From: Candidatus Latescibacterota bacterium | GTDB taxonomy: Bacteria > Latescibacterota > UBA2968 > UBA8231 | Direction of reading: 5' to 3' | Assembly (NCBI GenBank): GCA_965205655.1 | Contig: CBDBIJ010000072.1 | Location: 1 to 26,494, forward strand | Length of the DNA stretch: 26,494 nt | In this document: one piece after another, positions 8,104 to 16,999 of the stretch | How the letters are laid out: the number at the start of each line of letters is the position of its first letter | Numbering within the stretch: position 1 is the stretch's first letter | Position numbers and translations under genes: made by a program | Notes under the pieces: model-generated | What the model saw: only the letters and a program-made list of their open reading frames with translations | The model's database searches: none | Told to the model about the DNA's origin: nothing

Positions 8104-9924
8104 ATGGCGACGATCGTACACGTCACTCACGAGGCAGTTCACAAGGCCGGCGGGATCGGGTCCGTTCTCGAGGGCTTGATCACCTCGAGTGTGTACGGCA
8201 AGCGCATAGCCCGCACGATCTTGCTCGGGGCGCTGCCCGACCCCGGAGATCGGGAGCCACTCGGCAGCGACGGCACGGTCCTCTACGACAACTGGAACGG
8301 CGTATGGTCCGACGAGGTGGGGACAGCGCTGAGCGGCGTGGAGGTGCGACGCCAGGTGCGGCTGGTATACGGGCGCCGGCCGATGACGGGCCCGGCGGGA
8401 ACGGTGGAACCGGAGGTGCTGCTCGTCGATGCGAGCAACGCCCCATACGGGCTGAACGGCTTCAAGGGAAACCTGTTCGAACGCTTCGGGTTGCGGTGCG
8501 ATCGCTACGAAGGTGACTGGGAGTTCGAGCAGTACGTGAGAATTGCCGAGCCCGGATACGAAGCGGTGACGGCTCTGTTGTCCGAAGAGGAGTACCCCTG
8601 CTTTCTCATCGCTCACGAGTTCATGGGCCTCGGCACGGCCTTCAAGGCCATTCTCGCCGGCGATCGGCGCTTCGCCACCGTGTTCTATGCGCACGAGGTC
8701 GCCACCGTGCGGCGTCTGGTAGAGGACAGCCCCGGGCGCGACGTCATGTTCTACAACGTTCTCAAGTGTGCGGGCGCCTCGAGTCAGCGGCTCGACGACG
8801 TCTTCGGCTCCCAGGACGACTTTTTCAAGCACGCCCTCGTGCGCCGGGCATGGCATTGCGATGGGGTGTTCGCAGTGGGGGATTGGGTGGTGGAGGAATT
8901 GCGGTTCCTCGGCAGCGAGTTCGGCCGTCGCGACATCGATCTGGTGTACAACGGACTGCCAGCCACGCAAATCTCGCTCCGGGCAAAGAAGGAGTCGCGC
9001 CACAGACTGACGGACTACGCCGAGACGCTGCTGGGGATTCGGTTCGACTTCGTGTTCACCCACGTCAGCCGCCTCGTGGTGAGCAAAGGCCTGTGGCGAG
9101 ATCTCCTCGTGCTCCAGCATCTCGACAAATCGCTGGCGCAGCGGGGGCAAACGGCGCTGCTCATCGTGCTGGCCAGCGATGCCGGCCACAGGGATGCCGC
9201 CAGCGTGGAAGACATGGTCACCTCTTACGAATGGCCGGTCGTGCACCGACAGGGCTATCCCGATTTGACCGGCAGCGAAGTGGAATTCCATCTCAAGGTG
9301 CAGGCTTTCAACAGCCGCGCGCGCTCGATCAAGATTCTTTTCGTGAATCAGTTCGGGTGGGACCAGGCGAGCTGCGGACCGTCCATGCCGAAGCGCATGG
9401 AGTTCGCCGACTTGAGGCGCGGCGGCGATGTCGAGTTCGGGCAATCGCTCTACGAACCCTTCGGCATCGCGCAGCTCGAGCCTCTCCCCTTTGGCAGCAT
9501 CAGCGCCCTGAGCGATGCCTGCGGGTGCGTCGGGCTTCTGCAGCGGGCCTTCGAGTCGACCAACGGCGGCACCGCGCTGGAGCCGTTCACCGCTTCTCAT
9601 GGGCAACGATCCAGCGGCGAAACGGACCACGTGCGGGCCTGGAGCAATTTCATCACGGCAGATTATACCGGGTTCGACGGCACCGCACTCGATCTGACGC
9701 AGGCCAGAGCAATCGGCGCCGATGCTATAGATCGCGTCGAATCCAGCACGAGCGCGCAGGTCGCCGAAACCCTGGCGCACGTGCTGCCGGCATGCGACGC
9801 ACACACAGAGGCGCTCATGCAGACGGGCTACAATGCGGCCGCGGCAATGAGCTGGGACTGCATCGTGGAGGGCTACTTTTTTCCGGCGTTGAAGCGGATC
9901 AGGACAGGGCCAAGACTTGCCTGA
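8104..9924 (+). CDS. GT3-like glycogen/alpha-glucan synthase (GT-B glycosyltransferase)
   Basis: N-terminal HEAVHKAGGIGSV resembles the GT3 E-x-x-x-K-x-GGI motif; also AHEFM, VYNGL, and SLYEPFGIAQLE (EX7E signature). Confidence 0.75.
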   Translation: MATIVHVTHEAVHKAGGIGSVLEGLITSSVYGKRIARTILLGALPDPGDREPLGSDGTVLYDNWNGVWSDEVGTALSGVEVRRQVRLVYGRRPMTGPAGTVEPEVLLVDASNAPYGLNGFKGNLFERFGLRCDRYEGDWEFEQYVRIAEPGYEAVTALLSEEEYPCFLIAHEFMGLGTAFKAILAGDRRFATVFYAHEVATVRRLVEDSPGRDVMFYNVLKCAGASSQRLDDVFGSQDDFFKHALVRRAWHCDGVFAVGDWVVEELRFLGSEFGRRDIDLVYNGLPATQISLRAKKESRHRLTDYAETLLGIRFDFVFTHVSRLVVSKGLWRDLLVLQHLDKSLAQRGQTALLIVLASDAGHRDAASVEDMVTSYEWPVVHRQGYPDLTGSEVEFHLKVQAFNSRARSIKILFVNQFGWDQASCGPSMPKRMEFADLRRGGDVEFGQSLYEPFGIAQLEPLPFGSISALSDACGCVGLLQRAFESTNGGTALEPFTASHGQRSSGETDHVRAWSNFITADYTGFDGTALDLTQARAIGADAIDRVESSTSAQVAETLAHVLPACDAHTEALMQTGYNAAAAMSWDCIVEGYFFPALKRIRTGPRLA

Positions 9925-10273
9925 TCGTCTCTACAAACTTGGCGACTTCGATGGGCTTTTTGAGGACCGCGTGGACACAGTCAGGATGGTTTGTCGTGGC
10001 CTCGTCATCGACCCAGCCGCTGACGATGACGATGGGCACCTCGTCCCCGCGGTCGCGCAGCAGGAACAGGAGGTCTTCGCCGTCGGCCGGTCCCGGCATG
10101 TGCAGATCGAGCAGGACGAGATCGATATCGGCCTGGTCGAGGATGGCGAGGGCTTTGCCGGCGTCACTGGCAGCTAGGGCCATGTACCCCTCTCGCTTGA
10201 GAATCTCGAGCAGGAGAATGCGGACCTGCTCCTCGTCTTCCACGACGAGGATTTTCGGGGCCGGATCGCTCAT
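9899..10273 (-). CDS. Single-domain (CheY-like) response regulator
   Basis: KILVVEDE, DLVLLDLHMPG (phosphoacceptor D), VIVSG, LKKP; start ATG 10273; 26-nt convergent overlap with the GT gene. Confidence 0.92.
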   Translation of the reverse strand: MSDPAPKILVVEDEEQVRILLLEILKREGYMALAASDAGKALAILDQADIDLVLLDLHMPGPADGEDLLFLLRDRGDEVPIVIVSGWVDDEATTNHPDCVHAVLKKPIEVAKFVETIRQVLALS

Positions 10274-10354
10274 TGGGATTCGAATACAGTCGCCGCTCTT
10301 TGTGGCCGGCACGCGGAGTAGGTGAGCATGATCGAGACCTTACGGCGACTCGGT

Positions 10355-10362
10355 GCGGGCGC
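10355..10362 (+). repeat. Left 8-bp target-site duplication GCGGGCGC
   Basis: Identical copy at 11792-11799, directly abutting the other IS end. Confidence 0.9.
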
Positions 10363-11791
10363 CGCTTTGTCCCGATCTTAGTTGAAACAGCACAGGCTCC
10401 AATCGTTACGTTTTGATACGAGAAGCCCGTTGGAAGAAGTCTCGCATCGGTAACGATGGTGAGCCTGCAATGAGCAAGCTGGTAGCACGGAAGAAGGGCG
10501 TCAAACGAACGGTGAGCATCGGCAAGGTAGCACCCGAGACTGCAGAGCAAGTAGAGGACCTGGATGGCCGGATCGAGGCGATCCAATGGCTGATTCCCTT
10601 GGGGCTGCAGGCGGTCGCGGAGGAGCTGCAAAGAGCGGTCGTTGAGTTGGCTGGGCCGCGGTATCAGCGCAAGGGGTCGGATCAGCCGTTACGCCGCTGG
10701 GGGTCTCAGCTCGGGTCGGTGTACCTGGCCGACCAGAAACTACCCGTCGATGTGCCGCGGGTGCGCAACGTGGCCAACCATACCGAGGTCCCGCTGGATG
10801 TTTACCAGGCACTGCAGACGCCTCGACAGATGGACGAAGGTCTGCTGTTGCGGATGCTGAAGGGCATCGCCACGCGCAACTACGAGGCCTGCGCTGAGGC
10901 CGTACCCGAGGCCTTTGGTCTGTCATCCTCATCGGTGTCCCGTCGTTACGTGAAAGGCACGGCTCGAAAGCTGGCTGAATTCCAGGAGCGATCCCTGGAA
11001 GGATATGATCTGGTGGCGCTATTCCTCGACGGCAAGAGCTTCGCGGACGAGGAGATCATCATCGCCCTGGGCGTCACCCTCGACGGACAGAAGATTCCTC
11101 TTGGCTTCGTGCAGGCGGCCACGGAAAACGAGCGCGTCTGCCGTCGCTTCCTGTCCGATCTGGTCGAACGCGGTATGCAGTACGAAGCCGGACTGTTGGT
11201 CGTCATCGACGGCGCCAAGGGGCTTTACAAGGCGGTGATGTCGGTGCTCAAAGGACATGCCTGCGTGCAGCGCTGCCAGTATCACAAGCGCCAGAACGTC
11301 GTGTCGTATCTGTCCAAGAGCGAGCAGTCCGGTATGGGTCGCAAGATGGAGGCGGCCTACGGCAAACCGAGATACGAGGCGGCCAAGGCGGCACTGGACG
11401 CGCTCAAACCGGGCTTGAAGTTGATGAATCAGTCCGCCCTACACAGCCTCGAGGAAGGCATGGAAGAGACCCTCACACTCCATCGGTTGGGACTGACGCC
11501 GATGCTCAAGGATTCCTTCCGCACCACCAACTGCATCGAGAACGTCAACAGTCTCCTGGAGCAGCTCACACACAACGTGCGACGCTGGACCAACTCATCA
11601 CAGCGTCACCGTTGGGTAGCCACGGCACTGCTCGACATCGAACCACGTCTGCGCAGGGTCAAGGGCTATCGCCATCTGCCGATGCTCCGGCAAGCCATAC
11701 AAGCCGAACTCGGCATCAAACAGCTCGCGATGATGGGCTGACACACTCACCCGAGCCTGTGATTTGTTTCAACTGAAACTGGGCCTTGACC
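10363..11791 (+). mobile_element. Complete IS256-family insertion sequence, 1429 bp
   Basis: Imperfect terminal inverted repeats: left CGCTTTGTCCCGATCTTAGTTGAAACAGCACAGGCTC (10363-10399) and reverse complement of right end GGTCAAGGCCCAGTTTCAGTTGAAACAAATCACAGGCTC (11753-11791); 8-bp flanking direct repeat; intact transposase. Confidence 0.93.
10470..11741 (+). CDS. IS256-family (Mutator-like) DDE transposase
   Basis: LFLDGK, IIALGVTLDGQK, VVIDGAKGL, QRCQYHK (CxxH), RTTNCIENVN. Start ATG 10470 preferred; TTG 10413 possible. Confidence 0.95.
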   Translation: MSKLVARKKGVKRTVSIGKVAPETAEQVEDLDGRIEAIQWLIPLGLQAVAEELQRAVVELAGPRYQRKGSDQPLRRWGSQLGSVYLADQKLPVDVPRVRNVANHTEVPLDVYQALQTPRQMDEGLLLRMLKGIATRNYEACAEAVPEAFGLSSSSVSRRYVKGTARKLAEFQERSLEGYDLVALFLDGKSFADEEIIIALGVTLDGQKIPLGFVQAATENERVCRRFLSDLVERGMQYEAGLLVVIDGAKGLYKAVMSVLKGHACVQRCQYHKRQNVVSYLSKSEQSGMGRKMEAAYGKPRYEAAKAALDALKPGLKLMNQSALHSLEEGMEETLTLHRLGLTPMLKDSFRTTNCIENVNSLLEQLTHNVRRWTNSSQRHRWVATALLDIEPRLRRVKGYRHLPMLRQAIQAELGIKQLAMMG

Positions 11792-13441
11792 GCGGGCGCA
11801 GCGAAAACCGATAGTGTGGTGCGTCGTCGTCGGATTTTGCGCGTCACGAACAGTCACATAGAACGCTTTGGCCTGCTGGCCGATTTCCCAGCCTCCTCCC
11901 CGGGCCACCCTTAGCTGCCCTTCGCTGGGTCCCTGCGGATCCTTGAGGGGACTGTTCTGATAATAATCGACGCCATACAGGTCCGCCGTCCACTCGTTCA
12001 CGTTCCCGGCCATGTCGTAGATACCGTAGAAGTTCACGCCTGAGGGGTAAGACCCCACGGGTGTCGTCGACCCCACCTCGTTGTTCCAGTTGAGCCGCCT
12101 CGGTATGGAGAACGGGCCTGGAGTGTCGCCCCAGGGGAACAGTCGGCCGTCGTCGCCTCGAGCCGCCTTCTCCCACTCTGCTTCGGTCGGGAGACGCTTG
12201 CCCGCCCAGTGGCAGTAGGAACTGGCTTGTTCCCAGTTCACGCAGTTGACGGGGTGTTGAGTGCGGTCGGGCTTTCCCTCGTTGCATTTCGGCTCGCTAG
12301 CGGGCTTGGCGCAATCGCCGGCGTCCACGCAGCGCCGATATTGATCTGCCGTCACTTCGAAGCTATCGATCCAGAAGGTGCTGAGATCGACTACGTGAGG
12401 CGGGCGCTCGTAGGCTTTTTCTGAGTCCGCCAGGCCCATGACGAACTCGCCGGCCGGAATCTCGATCATGCCGTTGCGGCTCGTGAACACCTCCACTACG
12501 ACGATGTTGATGACAGCGTGCTGACTATCCGCTCCCCGTGTGTCCTCGACGACGAGACGGAAGACATACGACCCGGTCTCGAAAGGAGTGAACGTAAACT
12601 GTTGTGCGCTCGAATCGGACAGCTCGACGCTATCTGGCTCGACACTCCATTTGTAGATCAGCGAGTCTCCGTCATCATCGAAGCTGCCGCTTCCGTCCAG
12701 GGTAATGGTGGTACCGATCGAGACGACGCTGTCGGGGGCTGCGACCGCCCTTGCCTGCGGTAGTGCGTTTCCGACGGGATCACCGAGATCGATGGTCAGC
12801 TCGTCGGTGACACTGTAGATACTGTCTTTGACTGTAAGGCGAAATGTGTAGGCGCCGGTGTCGGAGGCCGTAAAGCTGGTTTGCGAGGCGCTCGAGTCCT
12901 CGATGACGACGGTAGCGGGCCCAGAGACGAGCTCCCACAAGAACGTCAGCTGATCCCCGTCGGGGTCTGTGCTGGCACTGCCGTCGAGCACGAACCTATC
13001 GGCGTCGAGTGTGTAACCTTGGGTGTCCGGTCCGGTCTTCAGTCCAGCTGTCGCGACCGGCGGGTCGTTGCCGATGGCGACAACGGTGACCGAGACCGTA
13101 TCGACAACGCTCATTCGCTCTCCGGCCCGAATCGTGAGAAAAAACTGATAGACCCCTGCAGCCGCTGGCACGAACTGGATCTGCGCCGACTCGGTCAGCG
13201 CGACGGGTGCGGGGTTGTCCGAACTTGCCGTCCAGATGTAGAGGATTGGCTCGCTGTGACGATCGGAGCTGCCCGAGGCATCGAGGGTCACCGTCTGGCC
13301 GGCATCCACAGTCTGGTCCGGCCCGGCATTGGCGCTGGGATCCTCCTTGGGCTCAGGCGGGGCGGGTGGAGCGCTGCAGTTTGCCGTCAGCGCGACGAGT
13401 GCGGCGCAGATGACGACGCTCATTCGCATCCGGGAACTCAT
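11747..13441 (-). CDS. Lipoprotein with three PKD/Ig-like repeats and a C-terminal FGE-sulfatase (SUMF1/EgtB-like) domain; last 14 aa come from the IS
   Basis: Lipobox-like VALTANC; three repeats of LD(A/G)SxSxDxxx(D/E)x(L/I)x(Y/F)xW; FGE motifs IPAGEFVMG, HPVNCVNW, RLPTEAEWEKAARG, DMAGNVNEW, RGGGW, IGFRCAR. Start is 13441, 13429 or 13423. Confidence 0.9.
   Translation of the reverse strand: MSSRMRMSVVICAALVALTANCSAPPAPPEPKEDPSANAGPDQTVDAGQTVTLDASGSSDRHSEPILYIWTASSDNPAPVALTESAQIQFVPAAAGVYQFFLTIRAGERMSVVDTVSVTVVAIGNDPPVATAGLKTGPDTQGYTLDADRFVLDGSASTDPDGDQLTFLWELVSGPATVVIEDSSASQTSFTASDTGAYTFRLTVKDSIYSVTDELTIDLGDPVGNALPQARAVAAPDSVVSIGTTITLDGSGSFDDDGDSLIYKWSVEPDSVELSDSSAQQFTFTPFETGSYVFRLVVEDTRGADSQHAVINIVVVEVFTSRNGMIEIPAGEFVMGLADSEKAYERPPHVVDLSTFWIDSFEVTADQYRRCVDAGDCAKPASEPKCNEGKPDRTQHPVNCVNWEQASSYCHWAGKRLPTEAEWEKAARGDDGRLFPWGDTPGPFSIPRRLNWNNEVGSTTPVGSYPSGVNFYGIYDMAGNVNEWTADLYGVDYYQNSPLKDPQGPSEGQLRVARGGGWEIGQQAKAFYVTVRDAQNPTTTHHTIGFRCARGQGPVSVETNHRLG
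11792..11799 (+). repeat. Right 8-bp target-site duplication GCGGGCGC
   Basis: Matches 10355-10362. Confidence 0.9.
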
Positions 13442-13658
13442 TCTGGTCCAGGCGAGGTTTTCAAAGGGAGGGATACGGGAAGGGCGGGCCCAACAAAGCA
13501 CAAGTCTAATAATAACAATGTCCCGCGAAATTTTCCACCGTCTGCGATCGGAACCGCTGTCACGGAGATGGCAGACGGTGCCTTTGTTTGCGCTCCGCGA
13601 GCGAGTTATCTTTCGAAATAACAACCGGTTTCACGCAATACGTCGCGACTGCTGCCGA

Positions 13659-13667
13659 TGGTATAAG
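13659..13667 (+). promoter_or_regulatory. Putative extended -10 promoter (TG-n-TATAAG)
   Basis: TGGTATAAG in the divergent region; implies the downstream gene starts near GTG 13686-13704. Confidence 0.3.
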
Positions 13668-13700
13668 AGCGCTGCGATCGTCAAAGTGAATGGATCCGTT

Positions 13701-15834
13701 GTGGTGAGAATCCCAGCCCACGCTGCCTTGAGTCACCCGCCGTCCACATTAGGGGCGCCGAATTCCCCGGAGTCTGTCAACCTCGGCATATTCGACGGCG
13801 AGGTTACTCACGCCGAAATAAACGAGGCCATCGCGGGCTCGGACAAGGCCATTCTGTTCGGACAACAGACGCGCCTTCCATTCTTTCCCGACGACCGGCG
13901 GCTCTCGAAAATCCACTCGGGAGATCCGCTCGCTCTGTTCCTCTGGAAGGTTCTCAACAAGCTGCCGCAGAATCTGCGCGAGGCCCTCATCTATGGGCCC
14001 ATCAGTCTTACCCTCGTGCGCGACGACACGCTGCTGTGCTTTCGGGATTACCGCCACCATCAGGCCGTCCATATCGGTCGACGCCGGCGTACGATCTATC
14101 TGCCCGAGCTGCTGTTGCATCGGGCCGAGGAAATGGGCTACGACTACTGGGCCATAGCGGAGGGGGTCATCTACGCCAGCTGGATGTTGCTCGACTACCT
14201 GCTGCTCGCCGGCGTGCTGAAATCCTACGGCGAGGCAGCCGAGACCTCGGGGACGAGCTTCAGGCTGTCCGAGCCGTACGTGAGGGCGTACGCGAGAAAG
14301 CACAACCGGCACCGGCGCCACCATCCCGAGAAGGTGAAGTCGGAAGTCGAGCAGTTCGTGGACGGCTACCGCTCGGCGCTGATCCGAGTCGAAAACGTCA
14401 AGACGCTGTCCGATGAGCCATTCCAGATGGCTCGAGAGCTGTTCGATCCGGAACTGGAGCAGCGCTGGGCCCGCGACAAGATGGAGCGCATCGCCGACAT
14501 ATTCAACTACCCACACATGTTCCTCTTCGACCGAGATATCATCCACGGGGCGGCGCTGGAGCTGGCCTCCAGGCGCCGGCAGAATACGGCAGCGGAGACG
14601 TTCGCGGACGTCCTGCACGACTACCGGGACGCGCTCAGGTTCGATCCGTCGCCGCTGATGACGACATTCTGCCAGGGCGTCGTGCCCAAGCCGCGAGCCA
14701 TCTTCATCATCGAGGTCGTCAGGCTCGGGCTCGAAGGACTGACCGGGTTCTTCGAGGCCTACCGAGCCGGCGAGCAGGACGTCGTCGATCTCGTCCATCC
14801 CCTGTGGATGTACCTGTGCTCTTTGAGTTCGGATCCGGCCGGTGTGTTTGCCCGCGTCGGCCGCTGCAGGGCGCTCGGCCGCCAGAAGGTGGATGGAAGT
14901 CTCGATCGTGCGGTGGTGGGGATTCTCATTCGCCTCGACAAGTCGCCCAGATACAAGAAGCTGGCCGTCGGAGCGCTGGCCACCGGCGAGGCCGCCAGAG
15001 AGGAGTTGCTCCAGGTCGTCGGCCTGCACCGGTTGCGAGATGGAGACGAGTGGGCCACATTCAGAATGAAGAAGCAGGCCATCGTCGAGTGTGCCTGCAA
15101 CCTGCTCGACAGGCTCGAAGTGAGCGACGGGGCGGACCGCGGCTGCCGTCGAGCGACTCCTTACCCAGCGTCTCAAGCTCCACGAAGACGAGCAGATCAT
15201 GCAGCTGTTGAGCGACAATCCGCATCGTCTCACCTCCGATCCCAGCGGCGTGCTCATGTACGTGCGCACCTACAAGCGCACCCTGGCCGAGTTCGGACCG
15301 GCGGACCCGGATACGAACTTTCTGCTGGCGAGTATTCTGATTCGTCTCGATCGGTGCGACAGATACCAGCAGCTGTCCAAGCAGCTCATCACCTTGGGCC
15401 CGCCGGCGATCTCGGCGCTCAACGAGGTGCTCGAGCAATTCCCGGAGCGCGACGAGAAACGCGCCGCCATCCTCGAAAAGGCGAGAGAGATGCTCGGCCA
15501 CATCCTGCTCGAGCGCCAGTTGCGGGCGACGGCGCAAGAGAAAGCGCGGGCGAGCGAGGCGGCGGCGGTGGCGCGCCAGAAGGCGGCGCGGGCCAGAGCG
15601 GATGCCGGGCAAGTCGCCGCAGGTGGCAACGGGGGGGCGCCCGATAATGGGTCGAACGGCTCTGACACCGACCCCTCTGCCGCGACACAGCTCGAGGCCT
15701 TCGTGCCCTTGACTGGCGAACTCGATTCTGCCGAGTCCGGTAGCGGAGGTGACGGCGCGCGCTTCGCGCGCGGGCGCAAAAACGCGGACGGCAATGGCGA
15801 CGGTGACCCGAATCGGCAAAGCAATTCGAACTGA
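13701..15834 (+). pseudogene. Large hypothetical helical-repeat protein (about 710 aa if joined), split by a single +1 frameshift near 15124-15150; real lesion or sequencing error
   Basis: ORF 13329..15647 degenerates into off-frame-looking sequence after EVSDGAD. The +1 frame is open from 15124 (ATGRTAAAVERLLTQRLKLHEDEQIMQLL...), repeats motifs from the first part, and stops 7 nt before the next gene. Start uncertain (ATG 13518 or GTG 13686/13701/13704). Confidence 0.7.
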
Positions 15835-15841
15835 TCACGGG

Positions 15842-16984
15842 ATGCCCTCGCGCCTTGTCCTCTGCACGCCGGGCGCCATGATCGCCGTCCTGCTGGCAGG
15901 ATGTGCCGGCATTCTGCCGGGCAGTCCGCCGAGCATTGGCATCGCAGCGGCGATCGATGAGCTGGCGGGGAGTGTGGTGCGCGCTCATCGCGGCGGGGGA
16001 GACATCGCCGTCCTCGGGTTTCGCGAGCGGGACGGAAAGAAGACGTCGAAATCCGAAGCCCTTGACGAATTCCTGATGAGCGCCCTGCTCACCTTCGGCG
16101 CCCCGGTAGCCGAGGGAGTCGGCATGGCCGCCAGCGGCGACGACGTCTCCGCGACATGGAAGAAGGACTCACCCCTGCCACAGAATTGGTCGGACACCGG
16201 GTCGGCAGAGCTGTTGAGCGGGCTGCTCTACTACGAATCGCCCTGGGTCTACGCCCGCGTGCTTCTCACCGATGCGGAAAGCGGCGTGGCTCTCGAATCG
16301 TGGAGCCTTCGTCTCTTGGAACGAGAGCTGGAACGCCAGGGCGAGCTTCTCGCCGAGCGGGTGGAGGGGGAGATTCCGGAGGATTCACCCGTGGTGGTGA
16401 GCGTGGACCTCCATTTGGTGGCGCGACACACTGAGAGCGGCTTCGTCGAATGGGTCGACCTGCAGGAGGGAGGCAGCCTTGAACCCGGCGACCGCATCCA
16501 GCTGCGCTATCGGGTCCACGCAGACTGTACCGTCTACGCCATTCTGTACCAGTCGGACGGCGAGATGGAGGAGCTCATTCCGAGTCAGAACGCCTATCCG
16601 GGGCGAATGTACTACGCGCCAGGTGAATTCAGCTGGACCTCCGTGAATGAGGAAAATGAGGTGTACACCCTCTACTTCATCGCTGCCCCCGAGCTCGAGG
16701 AAGACCGGTCCGACCTGTTCAACAACATGGCGGAGCTCGTCACCCGGGGTCAGCTCGATCGATTCAGCGGCCTCGATCTGCTCGACGGGGTCGTCGTCGA
16801 GTACCTGACCCGCACAAAGACTGAGAAGATCGAGGTGCTCCGCGGCGGAGGGGAAGACATCGAGAAGGGGAAGGAGGAGCAGTTCGTCTACCCCGACGGC
16901 GAATCCGTGGACAGCGCGCCCGAAAAGCTGAGCGCCTCGCCGGTACTCGTGCGCGCCCTCAGCTTCGAGGTTCAGTACCAATAG
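15842..16984 (+). CDS. Lipoprotein with FlgO/CsgG-like N-terminal domain and DUF4384-like domain
   Basis: Lipobox VLLAGC; IAVLGFRERDG...ARVLLTDAESGVAL (FlgO/CsgG/TolB-N-like pattern); LEPGDRIQLRYRVHADCTVYAILYQSDGEMEELIP (DUF4384-like). Confidence 0.72.
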   Translation: MPSRLVLCTPGAMIAVLLAGCAGILPGSPPSIGIAAAIDELAGSVVRAHRGGGDIAVLGFRERDGKKTSKSEALDEFLMSALLTFGAPVAEGVGMAASGDDVSATWKKDSPLPQNWSDTGSAELLSGLLYYESPWVYARVLLTDAESGVALESWSLRLLERELERQGELLAERVEGEIPEDSPVVVSVDLHLVARHTESGFVEWVDLQEGGSLEPGDRIQLRYRVHADCTVYAILYQSDGEMEELIPSQNAYPGRMYYAPGEFSWTSVNEENEVYTLYFIAAPELEEDRSDLFNNMAELVTRGQLDRFSGLDLLDGVVVEYLTRTKTEKIEVLRGGGEDIEKGKEEQFVYPDGESVDSAPEKLSASPVLVRALSFEVQYQ

Positions 16985-16999
16985 AGAAAGGCCCGCTTG

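Noticed and set aside
8041..10325. Long alternative ORFs 8041..9804 (-) and 8766..10325 (+)
   Set aside because: Shadow or off-frame ORFs over the GT3-like gene, expected at high GC; no motifs.
11800..11920. FGE/C-type-lectin-fold C-terminus as a diversity-generating retroelement target
   Set aside because: No reverse transcriptase and no template-repeat copy seen in the window; a remote DGR cannot be excluded.
13749..15269. 506-aa minus-strand ORF
   Set aside because: Antisense to the repeat-protein gene; no recognisable features.
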